Shown here: positions 32,974-41,346 of the stretch, piece after piece
How the letters are laid out: every line of letters begins with the position of its first letter
How positions within the stretch are numbered: the first letter of the stretch is position 1
Source: a virus
Lineage: Duplodnaviria > Heunggongvirae > Uroviricota > Caudoviricetes
DNA: 44,348 nt
IMG/VR virus record: IMGVR_UViG_2740892273_000003
Reading direction: 5' to 3' (one strand)
The notes under the pieces: generated by a model
Database searches by the model: none
Told to the model about the DNA's origin: nothing
What the model saw: only the letters and a program-made list of their open reading frames with translations
Position numbers and translations under genes: made by a program

Positions 32974-33616
32974 TTAATAATGCAGTTCGATTTAAGCTCA
33001 GACATCGCGACTTAATTAAAAGCCAGCGTTCTTTATAATCTTGTCTCCAGCTATCAATAGATATATTCAGTAGAAAACTCAGATGCCTGTCCTGTTCTCT
33101 CTCATCAACTGCCTCAGCACACGTAAGTTCTGACTTAACCTGCTGTGCCGCGTAATAAATCAATTTTCTCATGGCTTTTTTCGTGGAGGCCTTCATTTTT
33201 TTAAACCCGCCACCCGAATGCGCAACCAGAAAATCAAGCCATAACCACTGACAAACAATCACATCATTGTTGTAGTCAGGCTTGCATCCGTAGCAATAAT
33301 AAAGCCAGGCTGATTCCTCGTTATTCAACTGACCAATAGCCCTGCGCCAGCTGGCGCTCTGAAAATCAATATCAGTGAGCAACATTGATGATTGTTTAAA
33401 TGTTTTGCCCTGGTGGAATCTAACCGGCTCAGCAGGAACAGACACTTCGTATGAGTTATCATCACCTACACTGATTGACCGGACTGGTTTATTGTTAAAG
33501 CGTCCTGATCTGCCTAGACGCATCTGCTCAAGCTGGACCTCTAGGATGCCACGCTGGCGATAATGAATATCAGCCAATGCCGTGGAGACGCAGCTGCGTA
33601 TATACTCAAGCTCCAC
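32906..33616 (-). CDS. Hypothetical protein (236 aa) translationally coupled to cro; possible late regulator, function not established
   Basis: ORF overlapping the cro 3' end; contains a CxxC pair (YYCYGC); no family recognised by eye. Confidence 0.45.
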   Translation of the reverse strand: MELEYIRSCVSTALADIHYRQRGILEVQLEQMRLGRSGRFNNKPVRSISVGDDNSYEVSVPAEPVRFHQGKTFKQSSMLLTDIDFQSASWRRAIGQLNNEESAWLYYCYGCKPDYNNDVIVCQWLWLDFLVAHSGGGFKKMKASTKKAMRKLIYYAAQQVKSELTCAEAVDEREQDRHLSFLLNISIDSWRQDYKERWLLIKSRCLSLNRTALLNAAEKRSEIIKRHRAGSAILPL

Positions 33617-33854
33617 GCTTACGGCTCTCCTTAATCGACTGCTTTACCCGCCGAGTTGTAAAGTCACTCTTCAGCTTGTAAGCAGTACGAACTTCAATAT
33701 CACTTTGCCGCAATGAAGGAATCTCTCCAGCGGTTAACCATTGGTAAACAGCACCGGGTGTTACACCTACCCCAGCCGCTGCTTTTTCTACACTGCCAAA
33801 GTGGCGAATAAGTTCTTCTGGTTTCATGCGGTTATTATAAGCAATAAATCGCAT
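33606..33854 (-). CDS. cro: Cro-like DNA-binding protein (82 aa)
   Basis: Small HTH protein (AAGVGVTPGAVYQWL) transcribed divergently from the repressor gene across an operator-containing 64-bp spacer. Confidence 0.7.
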   Translation of the reverse strand: MRFIAYNNRMKPEELIRHFGSVEKAAAGVGVTPGAVYQWLTAGEIPSLRQSDIEVRTAYKLKSDFTTRRVKQSIKESRKRGA

Positions 33855-33870
33855 TTAAAGCCAGCTATAA
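33855..33870. promoter_or_regulatory. Operator-like site TTAAAGCCAGCTATAA between cro and cB
   Basis: Imperfect copy of the adjacent 16-bp palindrome; located at the cro start. Confidence 0.5.
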
Positions 33871-33880
33871 TAAATAAATT

Positions 33881-33896
33881 TTATAGCCAGCTATAA
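33881..33896. promoter_or_regulatory. Operator-like palindrome TTATAGCCAGCTATAA between cro and cB
   Basis: Perfect 7-bp inverted arms TTATAGC/GCTATAA with a 2-bp centre, flanked by AT-rich promoter-like sequence. Confidence 0.55.
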
Positions 33897-33918
33897 GAAG
33901 ATCATTTATGATTAAGCT

Positions 33919-34515
33919 ATGAAAACACGAGGCGAACGACTGAAAGCACGCCGTTTAGAGATGAAGCTGACGTTGCGAGAAGTTGCTGAGGCTGTCGATA
34001 TCTCTATTGCAGGCGTCCAAAACTTAGAACGTGGCGACGTAATGCCGTCACTGGAGATAGGTATTGCCCTGGCTAAATGCTTACGCAAGCCAGTGCATTG
34101 GGTGCTGTATGGGACAGAATATGACCCTGATCGCATTCCTGTTATTGGCACAACTGAAAGTGGACCTGATGAAGAGTGGAAGCCAGGACAGGTTCCAAAT
34201 ACTGAGCGATTCCTGCCATTCATCAGCCAGCGCAATACTGTTTATGCGTTAACTATCAGCAATCTGGCGCAGGGAAACTATCAGCCTGGCGATTTTCTCC
34301 TGGTCGATTCTGCGCTGGAACTGGTCCCCGGCGAGGATGTTCTGGTTCGTGATACTGCAGGAAATATCACCATCCAGCGCCTGGCCCGTTTTGATGATGA
34401 AAATTACTATCTGGACGGAACAAATTCACAACGCGCTATCTTCAGGAAAAGCGATCTTGAATTTGTTCACCAAATAGTCGGAACGATCAAATCATTCATG
34501 GTTGAGGGTAGATGA
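33919..34515 (+). CDS. cB: Prophage repressor, cB/cI-type (HTH_XRE N-terminal domain plus LexA/S24-like C-terminal domain that appears to lack the catalytic Lys)
   Basis: N-terminal HTH LREVAEAVDISIAGVQNLERG; the C-terminal domain aligns by eye to the cI/LexA peptidase fold (PGDFLLVD) but has QRLAR where the catalytic Lys is expected. Confidence 0.75.
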   Translation: MKTRGERLKARRLEMKLTLREVAEAVDISIAGVQNLERGDVMPSLEIGIALAKCLRKPVHWVLYGTEYDPDRIPVIGTTESGPDEEWKPGQVPNTERFLPFISQRNTVYALTISNLAQGNYQPGDFLLVDSALELVPGEDVLVRDTAGNITIQRLARFDDENYYLDGTNSQRAIFRKSDLEFVHQIVGTIKSFMVEGR

Positions 34516-34616
34516 CTTAATACGGGGTTTATTGTTTGCTGTAAATCTGGTTTAATGCAGAGCATATGTTCTGTGGGTTGACTCAGGTTACAGCAGCAGA
34601 AAAAAGACGAAAAAAA

Positions 34617-34645
34617 ACCCGAGTCGGCAAACTCGGGTCCTTTTC
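34617..34645 (+). terminator. Intrinsic terminator between cB and repA
   Basis: A-tract, ACCCGAGT-cggcaa-ACTCGGGT, then CCTTTTC. Confidence 0.6.
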
Positions 34646-34760
34646 AGGAAGCAGCCACAGTAACGCGACGGATTCCGTCAATTCAAGATGCGTTTATTGT
34701 GGCTGCTCCTGCGGATTTTTTCAACCCGAAAAAACATAATTCGCATGGAATGGCTAAAAA

Positions 34761-37700
34761 ATGACATTAAACGATTTCTATGCGGATCGCTTTGGCAGCG
34801 ATCCGTTCTCGCTAATTGAAGCAGCACGGGATGAACTAACCGAGCTGGCACAGATGGCTGGTATCAACTGGTCTGCCTGTTCCGACAACATCCAACTCAA
34901 CCCTCGCGGGGGTGTTGAGCGTTACTCTTCATACAATAAAACATCCCCAGAAGCTCTCGAAAAGAGCCTCAAAGGACGCGTAGAAATTTACTCCCGGCTG
35001 GAACACAGCAAAGGGATTGATTACCCGTTCATTAACTTCGTCCATAAAGGCAGCGATGCTGGCTCATGGAGCGGTTTCTCCTTCCTGTTTTCTGAATATC
35101 GCCGTGAGCAACAACGGAATAATGCGACCGTGGTCGCACAACCGGAAGAAGAACGGGCAAGAATAGAACGTCAGGCCGAAGCACGTCGTCGCCGTGAAGA
35201 ACAAAAACGAATTAATGACCTGAAAAACAACCAAATGGACCATGAACGTTTGCTGGGATGGCTGGCATTCCACAGTGCTTGGGAACATGCTCCTGCAGAA
35301 GACGGCTCATGGCCATATGCGATTAAAAAAGGTATTCGTGACGTTTTTAATTCGTGTGATGTGCGTCGCGTGACCAGTCACGACAGCGCAAAATGGAGCA
35401 GGGGGCCAACCACGTATATGGCTATCCCTCTGGCTCACCTGGACGGTCGTTACGATGGTCGTATTGTTGGTTGGCAGCGAATCGACAAACAAGGTGGAAA
35501 ATACCAGACCAGCGCCGTAACCAGCGGCGATTTCGTCGGTGCCTGCTTTGTTATCGGTGAGCTGAAAGGGGCGCAAAACATCGCTGTTACAGAAGGTTTT
35601 GCTACTGGTGCATCCATCTGGCTTGCCACGAAAAAAGATAAACGCTTTGACGCTGTGGTTGTCGCTGTATCCGCTAACAACATGGTTCATGTTGTGGAAC
35701 AACTGGTAAACATGTACCCGGCGGCAAAAATCACCTGCGCACTGGATAATGACCGGAAATCAGCTACAGAAGGAAAAGGGAATACCGGCCTGCGGACTGG
35801 CTATGAAATCTTATCGAAATTCAACGATGTCCGCTGCGTCTATCCAACTTTTGAAGACGATCCGCAAATGGAGTGCAGTGACTTCAACGACCTGCACAAA
35901 CTACGTGGACTTCGTGAAACAGCACGTCAACTGTTTGCAACTGCAAACCGCCTGAAAACTGGCACTGATTTGCTATCTCTGACGCTCAACCGCCTGAAGA
36001 CAATTAAGCGGGATAACCGTCGTACTTTTGCCAAAGAGCTGCTGAGAGCAGTGGATATTGGCATGCTAACCTGTCCGGTTCCTAACAGTCCGTCAGACTT
36101 ATTTAACATGTTCTGCATCGTCCTGCGTGAAATTGGGCTGGAAAATATCTATCGCGCTACGGTAAAAGACCACATTGCCCGTCGCCTGAATAAAAAGTGC
36201 CGTATTGCCCAGGCTCCGCGCTCATTCAGCGAACGAATAACTGATCCCAATAAACGTCCTCAACATATCACCTATAAGCGTTTTGAAACTTCGGTAATGA
36301 CCGATGACGTCCTGAAGTATGTGCAATCACTACAGGGGATAGTCATCGTTCGTGCTGGTATGGGTTCCGGCAAATCTACTGGATTGTTACGACCTTTAAT
36401 GCATAGCTCAGAACGTGGTATCTCTGTTGCTCACCGTGTTTCCCTTATTGGTGGCCTGTGGGAAATGATGACAGAAGGAAAAGGTGTAAAAGCCGATATC
36501 CTGCACTATCAGGACCCTGGCTATCAGGAAATGGCTCCATACGCCAGTAAACTGACCATCTGCATAAACTCGATTGTTAAAAACTGCTGGCAACCATTGA
36601 TGCGCCAGCACGACTATTTTGGCTTTGACGAGGCCACGCAAGGGCTACGTGCCGTTCTTTCCGGTCGGGCTATGGAAAACCCGGTGGCTGTATTCAATAC
36701 GTTAATTGACGCGCTGGCCAGAACGGAACAACACCCAATAATGGTGGATGCTGATGCGAACGATCTGCTGGTTGACCTGGCTGAACTGGCTATGAAACGC
36801 CGTGAAGAACTAGGTTTACCGGCATGGCTGCAGATCCACGTAATTGAATTACCTGTTGATGTTCGCAACCGCGAAACAGGTGAGCCAATCCGGGTTTTTT
36901 ATACAGAAAAAGATCGCATTATGACCGAGGTGGTGAAAGCTGTATCGAATGGCGAAAAAATCATGTTGGCCACCGACAGCTCCACCTTTGCAGAAGATGT
37001 GACCGCCACCCTGAGAATGCATTTTCCTGGTAAGAAATTTCTGTGTGTAAACCAGAAAAACAAACCAGAGCCAGAAGTTGAAGCATTTACCAATCAACCG
37101 AAAAAGATGGTCAAAAAATACGACGGCCTGATTTATAGCCCGTCTATTTCATCCGGTGTGTCGATTGAGCAAAAACATTTTGACCGTCATTTCGGCATGT
37201 TCTGTGGTGAAGTTGTACCCAGCGACGCAGTGCAAATGCTACGCCGCGACCGTACAGCAAAAGAATTTATTATCGGCTTTGATAAAGCTCGCGCAAAACG
37301 TGAAACTGACCCGCAAAAAATAGAACGAGCATTCGCCCAGGCATTGCTTGCTACCGCAGGCATGAACGGTGAACTGACGGATGTCGTTTTCGATGGCGAC
37401 CGTATATCAATGGGGGTGGCCAATACCGACTTTACCAGGATGAAAATTAAAGCAGCCGCAATTGAAGCGTCTGCGCGTAACGACTACGCCAGCAACATGA
37501 TCTGCATCATGCACAGCGACGGTTATAAGGTATCGCCGCTGGCCACCGATTATGCTGCGAATGATATCGGTAAAGATCTGCGTAAAGAAGCGCGGGATAT
37601 TGTGTGGGAACAGACACTGGATCTGCATCTCAATACAGAAACTCCACAAGAATCAGAGCGTGAAGAACTGCTAAAAAAACGCGCGCTGACGCTTGAAGAA

Positions 37701-38756
37701 CAAGCAAAACTTGTCCGCTGGGATATTGAGAACGAACTGAAACTACCGGTTGAAGAAGGCACGCTGAAATTCTATTTCGATGGTGCTCGAGACAAAGTTC
37801 GCCGCTATGAAACAATGCTTTTAGATGAGGTAACAGCTCGTCGTTACGACCGGGAAGAAGCAGCCATCAATTTTACCTACGCATACCGTCAGGCGGGACA
37901 GTGGCAATATTTTGTAGTGACCGCGATGACTCGCGAGCAGGCTGATGATGTCTTTAAAACTAAATTCCCTGGAATAATCGACTACAAGGTAAAAGCTACT
38001 CCTACTGTTGAAGTCGGGGCGCGCGGTTTCTATGCGCTTAAATCAGCAACTCTCCGGCAGTACTTTATCGACTGCGGTATCAACCCTGAGACTATGACCG
38101 GCGAGGCGACTCAGGAGCGTCTCAAATTCGCTCGAGATAACCTCATGACAGCCGAACGCCGTGACCTGTTGAATAACGTTCTGCACATTGGTGGTTTTAT
38201 GACGCCAAAAGGGAAGCCTAAAGTGCCGGAAGCGTTGTTTAAAAACATTTGCGACTCTCTTGGCCTTAAAACAGGTAAACGTCGCGGCAGAGACGGCGAT
38301 AAGCGTCCAACCTTGCGTTTTGTTGAGCCTGAATCAGCGGCATTTATGCTGGATATTCTTGTTCAGCGTCAGAAAGATGGCCTAACCCTAAAAACGCGTA
38401 AAGCCGAGAAGACAGCCATCGAAATGGATCGCGATTTGGATCTCAATATATATATGGATGATAAAACGCGATCCACAAACGAGCAGGTTCAAAACGCCCC
38501 TCATTCAGTAATTTCTGAGGCTTTGGCCGTATTGCCGGTGGCTGTTCCTGAGTCCTGGGCGATGAGTGCGCTTTCCGGTGAGGAGCTGGCCACTATGTCA
38601 TCATGGTCATCAGCCAGCATAGCTATGACGTTTGCATCTCTGTATCTCACAGAGTTCATGGATCACTTGTCCAGCAATGAATTGCGGCGGTTACGAGAAT
38701 ACATTACCGGGAATAGCTCATGCAGCTACGAAGAGCAGGGCGCTTTCTATGGGTAA
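34761..38756 (+). CDS. repA: Replication protein RepA, multidomain primase-helicase (1331 aa, N15 RepA-like)
   Basis: Toprim-like primase motifs (NIAVTEGFATGASI; CALDNDRK), Walker A (GMGSGKST) and Walker B (YFGFDEAT) in the central region; size close to the ~1.3 kaa N15 RepA as recalled. Confidence 0.8.
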   Translation: MTLNDFYADRFGSDPFSLIEAARDELTELAQMAGINWSACSDNIQLNPRGGVERYSSYNKTSPEALEKSLKGRVEIYSRLEHSKGIDYPFINFVHKGSDAGSWSGFSFLFSEYRREQQRNNATVVAQPEEERARIERQAEARRRREEQKRINDLKNNQMDHERLLGWLAFHSAWEHAPAEDGSWPYAIKKGIRDVFNSCDVRRVTSHDSAKWSRGPTTYMAIPLAHLDGRYDGRIVGWQRIDKQGGKYQTSAVTSGDFVGACFVIGELKGAQNIAVTEGFATGASIWLATKKDKRFDAVVVAVSANNMVHVVEQLVNMYPAAKITCALDNDRKSATEGKGNTGLRTGYEILSKFNDVRCVYPTFEDDPQMECSDFNDLHKLRGLRETARQLFATANRLKTGTDLLSLTLNRLKTIKRDNRRTFAKELLRAVDIGMLTCPVPNSPSDLFNMFCIVLREIGLENIYRATVKDHIARRLNKKCRIAQAPRSFSERITDPNKRPQHITYKRFETSVMTDDVLKYVQSLQGIVIVRAGMGSGKSTGLLRPLMHSSERGISVAHRVSLIGGLWEMMTEGKGVKADILHYQDPGYQEMAPYASKLTICINSIVKNCWQPLMRQHDYFGFDEATQGLRAVLSGRAMENPVAVFNTLIDALARTEQHPIMVDADANDLLVDLAELAMKRREELGLPAWLQIHVIELPVDVRNRETGEPIRVFYTEKDRIMTEVVKAVSNGEKIMLATDSSTFAEDVTATLRMHFPGKKFLCVNQKNKPEPEVEAFTNQPKKMVKKYDGLIYSPSISSGVSIEQKHFDRHFGMFCGEVVPSDAVQMLRRDRTAKEFIIGFDKARAKRETDPQKIERAFAQALLATAGMNGELTDVVFDGDRISMGVANTDFTRMKIKAAAIEASARNDYASNMICIMHSDGYKVSPLATDYAANDIGKDLRKEARDIVWEQTLDLHLNTETPQESEREELLKKRALTLEEQAKLVRWDIENELKLPVEEGTLKFYFDGARDKVRRYETMLLDEVTARRYDREEAAINFTYAYRQAGQWQYFVVTAMTREQADDVFKTKFPGIIDYKVKATPTVEVGARGFYALKSATLRQYFIDCGINPETMTGEATQERLKFARDNLMTAERRDLLNNVLHIGGFMTPKGKPKVPEALFKNICDSLGLKTGKRRGRDGDKRPTLRFVEPESAAFMLDILVQRQKDGLTLKTRKAEKTAIEMDRDLDLNIYMDDKTRSTNEQVQNAPHSVISEALAVLPVAVPESWAMSALSGEELATMSSWSSASIAMTFASLYLTEFMDHLSSNELRRLREYITGNSSCSYEEQGAFYG
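35123..35138. repeat. sopC-like centromere palindrome copy 5 (TGCGACCGTGGTCGCA), inside repA
   Basis: Same palindrome embedded in the repA coding sequence (encodes NATVVAQ). Confidence 0.6.
38424..38476. other. Candidate replication origin inside the repA 3' region
   Basis: Imperfect inverted repeats GGATCGCGATTT / AAACGCGATCC containing GATC sites, flanking an ATATATATAT tract. Confidence 0.35.
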
Positions 38757-38940
38757 TCAGTGGATATTATCTTTGTGTCTCTTGCTTTGTGTGTTCCAGC
38801 AATGGTTTTGGTTCATAGATCGAAAGTCTCACAAGGAAAACATGAAGGCCAGGAAGGCGATGTTTCGTGGTGAACAACTCGCGCAGACTTATCGTATGTG
38901 GAAACGCTTCTATCGTGATTTTTCGGTGAACGGGGAGTAA
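38749..38940 (+). CDS. Small membrane protein (63 aa) translationally coupled to repA
   Basis: ATG overlaps the repA stop (TATGGGTAA); hydrophobic N-terminus ILSLCLLLCVFQQWFWFI. Confidence 0.4.
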   Translation: MGNQWILSLCLLLCVFQQWFWFIDRKSHKENMKARKAMFRGEQLAQTYRMWKRFYRDFSVNGE

Positions 38941-38944
38941 AAAT

Positions 38945-39271
38945 ATGTCTACTACTGCATTTTTGGACAAACTTGATTACCGTCAGCTGCAGTTCTGCCG
39001 GGATGAATGCGATCGACGCATTAAGGCTATCCAGGAGGAAGAAAAAAAGGTCGCCTGGGCTGTAACAGATCGTGGCCTTATCTTTGGCTGGTTCCGTACG
39101 GAGGATTACCTGAAAGCAGTGGAATTATTGGCGCGTAAGGCTGCTGAGCGTTGGGAACGAGCCGACAAGGAAAACCCGGAGACGAAGTATGAACTGAATC
39201 TCTACATCGAGGGCAACCGTCTACCATTGTCAGAGTATAACGCTTTGTTTGCTGATGGTGAGTGGGGTTAA
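38945..39271 (+). CDS. Hypothetical protein (108 aa)
   Basis: ORF in an operon downstream of repA. Confidence 0.45.
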   Translation: MSTTAFLDKLDYRQLQFCRDECDRRIKAIQEEEKKVAWAVTDRGLIFGWFRTEDYLKAVELLARKAAERWERADKENPETKYELNLYIEGNRLPLSEYNALFADGEWG

Positions 39272-39273
39272 AA

Positions 39274-39669
39274 ATGGCTGTTCAATCATACAAATACGAA
39301 TCCCCTTTGGATAAGGGATACATTCGTATCAAGTTAAGTCGTTCTCAACATAAGGCTATTTTTAAGGTAAGGAAAATTCGCATATTGGATGCGTATGCGT
39401 ATTACTACAACGGTGAAAATGTTGTTGTTGAACACTTTCTTGCACGATGGTTTGTAGCTCTGATTTTTGTCCCTCTCCTGTTAATTGGTACTTTTGTGGA
39501 TGGTTTTCCTAGTACATGGCGGGAGATAAAGAAAGGCCTATTCCCGCGTAAGTACGGCAGATTTTCGCAAGATAGCTGGCGAGTTATACCTGGTAAACAT
39601 TCTGTGGATGAGCAGCCGATTGTTGATTACTGGTTGAAGCGTATGGCTGATGCTAAAAAAGTTGATTGA
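39274..39669 (+). CDS. Hypothetical membrane protein (about 131 aa), AT-rich
   Basis: One central TM segment WFVALIFVPLLLIGTFV; GC content visibly lower than flanking genes. Confidence 0.45.
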   Translation: MAVQSYKYESPLDKGYIRIKLSRSQHKAIFKVRKIRILDAYAYYYNGENVVVEHFLARWFVALIFVPLLLIGTFVDGFPSTWREIKKGLFPRKYGRFSQDSWRVIPGKHSVDEQPIVDYWLKRMADAKKVD

Positions 39670-39758
39670 ATAGTGATGACTGTTCAAGTTAAACCGTTCT
39701 CGGCATATTTTATTTAATGGAATAACATATTATTAATCAAATAGGTTAAGTTAATATT

Positions 39759-40571
39759 ATGCGTAACAAAAAAACAACAGCTTTATTACTCTCTATCTTG
39801 TTATTATCTGGATGCACTTATCAATATGATAATAAGGCATCAACGGACGTTGAGTATAAATTCGAAAAAGAAAAAAGAGTACCTATCAACTCTGTTGGTG
39901 ATTTTAGCAGCAAAATACTCACAGGTAAGGAATTTAATAGAATTATTGCATCAAAGATAGATGATGGTTCATGGCGTGGATATGTCGTTCACTCATTAAC
40001 ATACGCGCCATACAACAACGTTTTAACATCTCAAGGTTTGTCTATCCCTAGAAGTATCACATACTCAGGAACATATCTTAACCGTGATTTTGTTGAGAAT
40101 AGCGGTAGTGATAGCGTGATAACATCTCGAGATATGTCTGGATGGTATGGTTTTCATGTCGATTCCTCTGAAATAACAAAGCATGGAAGCTATGTTGGTG
40201 CTAATGCTTTTGGAATATCTGCTGATGTAGAAGTGTTAAATACTTTAGGTGCCGAAATTATCTTTGGTAGTACACAAATAAATGAAGGGAACCCTGAAAC
40301 AATATGGGCAGATATTGATATAAAAGGACAAATACCAAAAGATGTTAATGTAAAAGACCTTAGAATTGAATATTTAGCAAAGATAAATGGGTTAAGCAGT
40401 AATCATATTGATATAACATCACCTACTATTTTTAACCCGTCAGATATGAGCCATAAAACTCAGGTTTTTATGGGTGAGTTATTAGCCGCGCGCCTAATAA
40501 ATATTAAAACGGGAGAAATTTATCCAGTACAGCTAGAGTGGGTGTTCCGTTCGCGTGAGGCTTTCTTATAA
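39759..40571 (+). CDS. Lipoprotein (270 aa), AT-rich moron-like gene
   Basis: Signal peptide with lipobox LLLSGC; markedly AT-rich coding sequence; followed by a perfect hairpin GAACAAT-aac-ATTGTTC. Confidence 0.55.
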   Translation: MRNKKTTALLLSILLLSGCTYQYDNKASTDVEYKFEKEKRVPINSVGDFSSKILTGKEFNRIIASKIDDGSWRGYVVHSLTYAPYNNVLTSQGLSIPRSITYSGTYLNRDFVENSGSDSVITSRDMSGWYGFHVDSSEITKHGSYVGANAFGISADVEVLNTLGAEIIFGSTQINEGNPETIWADIDIKGQIPKDVNVKDLRIEYLAKINGLSSNHIDITSPTIFNPSDMSHKTQVFMGELLAARLINIKTGEIYPVQLEWVFRSREAFL

Positions 40572-40632
40572 CGGAACAATAACATTGTTCATGTTCTGAT
40601 CGTTTGTTCAAGCAAACTATAAAAACACCTGT

Positions 40633-40652
40633 CCCCGTGACTGGTCACGGGG
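40633..40652. repeat. 20-bp palindrome CCCCGTGAC-TG-GTCACGGGG upstream of the antirepressor locus (GTGAC-N2-GTCAC copy 2)
   Basis: Perfect 9-bp arms with a 2-bp centre, too tight for an RNA hairpin, so more likely a protein-binding site; shares a 14-bp core with the 29299-29312 site. Confidence 0.5.
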
Positions 40653-40699
40653 TAAAATGTCTTTGCAAATTATTGACGTGTGCGTCGTTTTGGAGGTAA

Positions 40700-40786
40700 A
40701 GTCACCTCGCTGCGGTAAATCCCGCAGTCGGGACTTCGCAATCCTGGCAAAACGAAGCGCACAACACGCGCCAGCGTGTTTTTTTG
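40700..40786 (+). ncRNA. Candidate small regulatory RNA (P1 c4 / N15 CA-like) preceding icd-ant
   Basis: Promoter-like TTGACG (~40673) with a weak -10; hairpin CTGCGG-taaatc-CCGCAG; intrinsic terminator ACACGC-gcca-GCGTGT then TTTTTTT at ~40764-40786; lies directly upstream of an icd-like gene. Confidence 0.4.
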
Positions 40787-40951
40787 TGTGTATAGACCTG
40801 CGCATATCCGAATTATGGTGGCTCAGGTGGGGCTGACTTCGGTCGGGCCGGTTTCTTCGTTTACCGGTATTGCGAACCCCGCCTGGGCTACCACCAATAA
40901 AGAGATTCGCAACTCTGGTGGTAGCACGACCAATAAAACGGAGTGCATACC

Positions 40952-41116
40952 ATGTTCAAATTCAAATTTGCGGCAGTCGTTCGCACAGACAAAAAGTCCC
41001 ACATTCATCATCTTTCCACTATCGCGTCATCTGAACGGGAAGCTCGTCGCCAGTTCGCCAGCCGGTTTGTCCTGGTATTGTCTGCCCGTATTCCGGTGCG
41101 CGAGGTGGCTGCATGA
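40952..41116 (+). CDS. icd: Icd-like cell division inhibitor (54 aa)
   Basis: MFKFKFAAVVRTDKK...EREARRQFASRFVLVLSARIPVREV fits the pattern recalled for P1-type Icd-like proteins; GGAG RBS. Confidence 0.55.
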   Translation: MFKFKFAAVVRTDKKSHIHHLSTIASSEREARRQFASRFVLVLSARIPVREVAA

Positions 41117-41346
41117 ATCAGGTAAAAATGAACACTGTTGGCCTGCTGGAATCGTTGGATGAACGTCTGGCTCAGGTCTATGCGCTCGTATCATCAGCCC
41201 ATCGGACAGTCTCCAGTTGTGAGGCGTCGATTTACCTCTCAGAGGCTGGAAAACTTCTGCAGATTGCGTGTGAGTTAACGCATGAAGCACAGGGATATTC
41301 TGCGTCTCTCTCGTCGCACTTGCTGCGCGATAAGGAGGCTGAATGA
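41113..41346 (+). CDS. Hypothetical protein (77 aa) in the icd-ant operon
   Basis: ATGA overlaps with both the upstream and downstream genes. Confidence 0.5.
   Translation: MNQVKMNTVGLLESLDERLAQVYALVSSAHRTVSSCEASIYLSEAGKLLQIACELTHEAQGYSASLSSHLLRDKEAE

Noticed and set aside
40800-40950. tRNA-like segment upstream of icd (GC-rich with several short hairpins)
   Set aside because: No T-loop consensus (GGTTCGAATCC-like) or cloverleaf arrangement could be built by eye; more likely the structured 5' leader of the icd-ant transcript.
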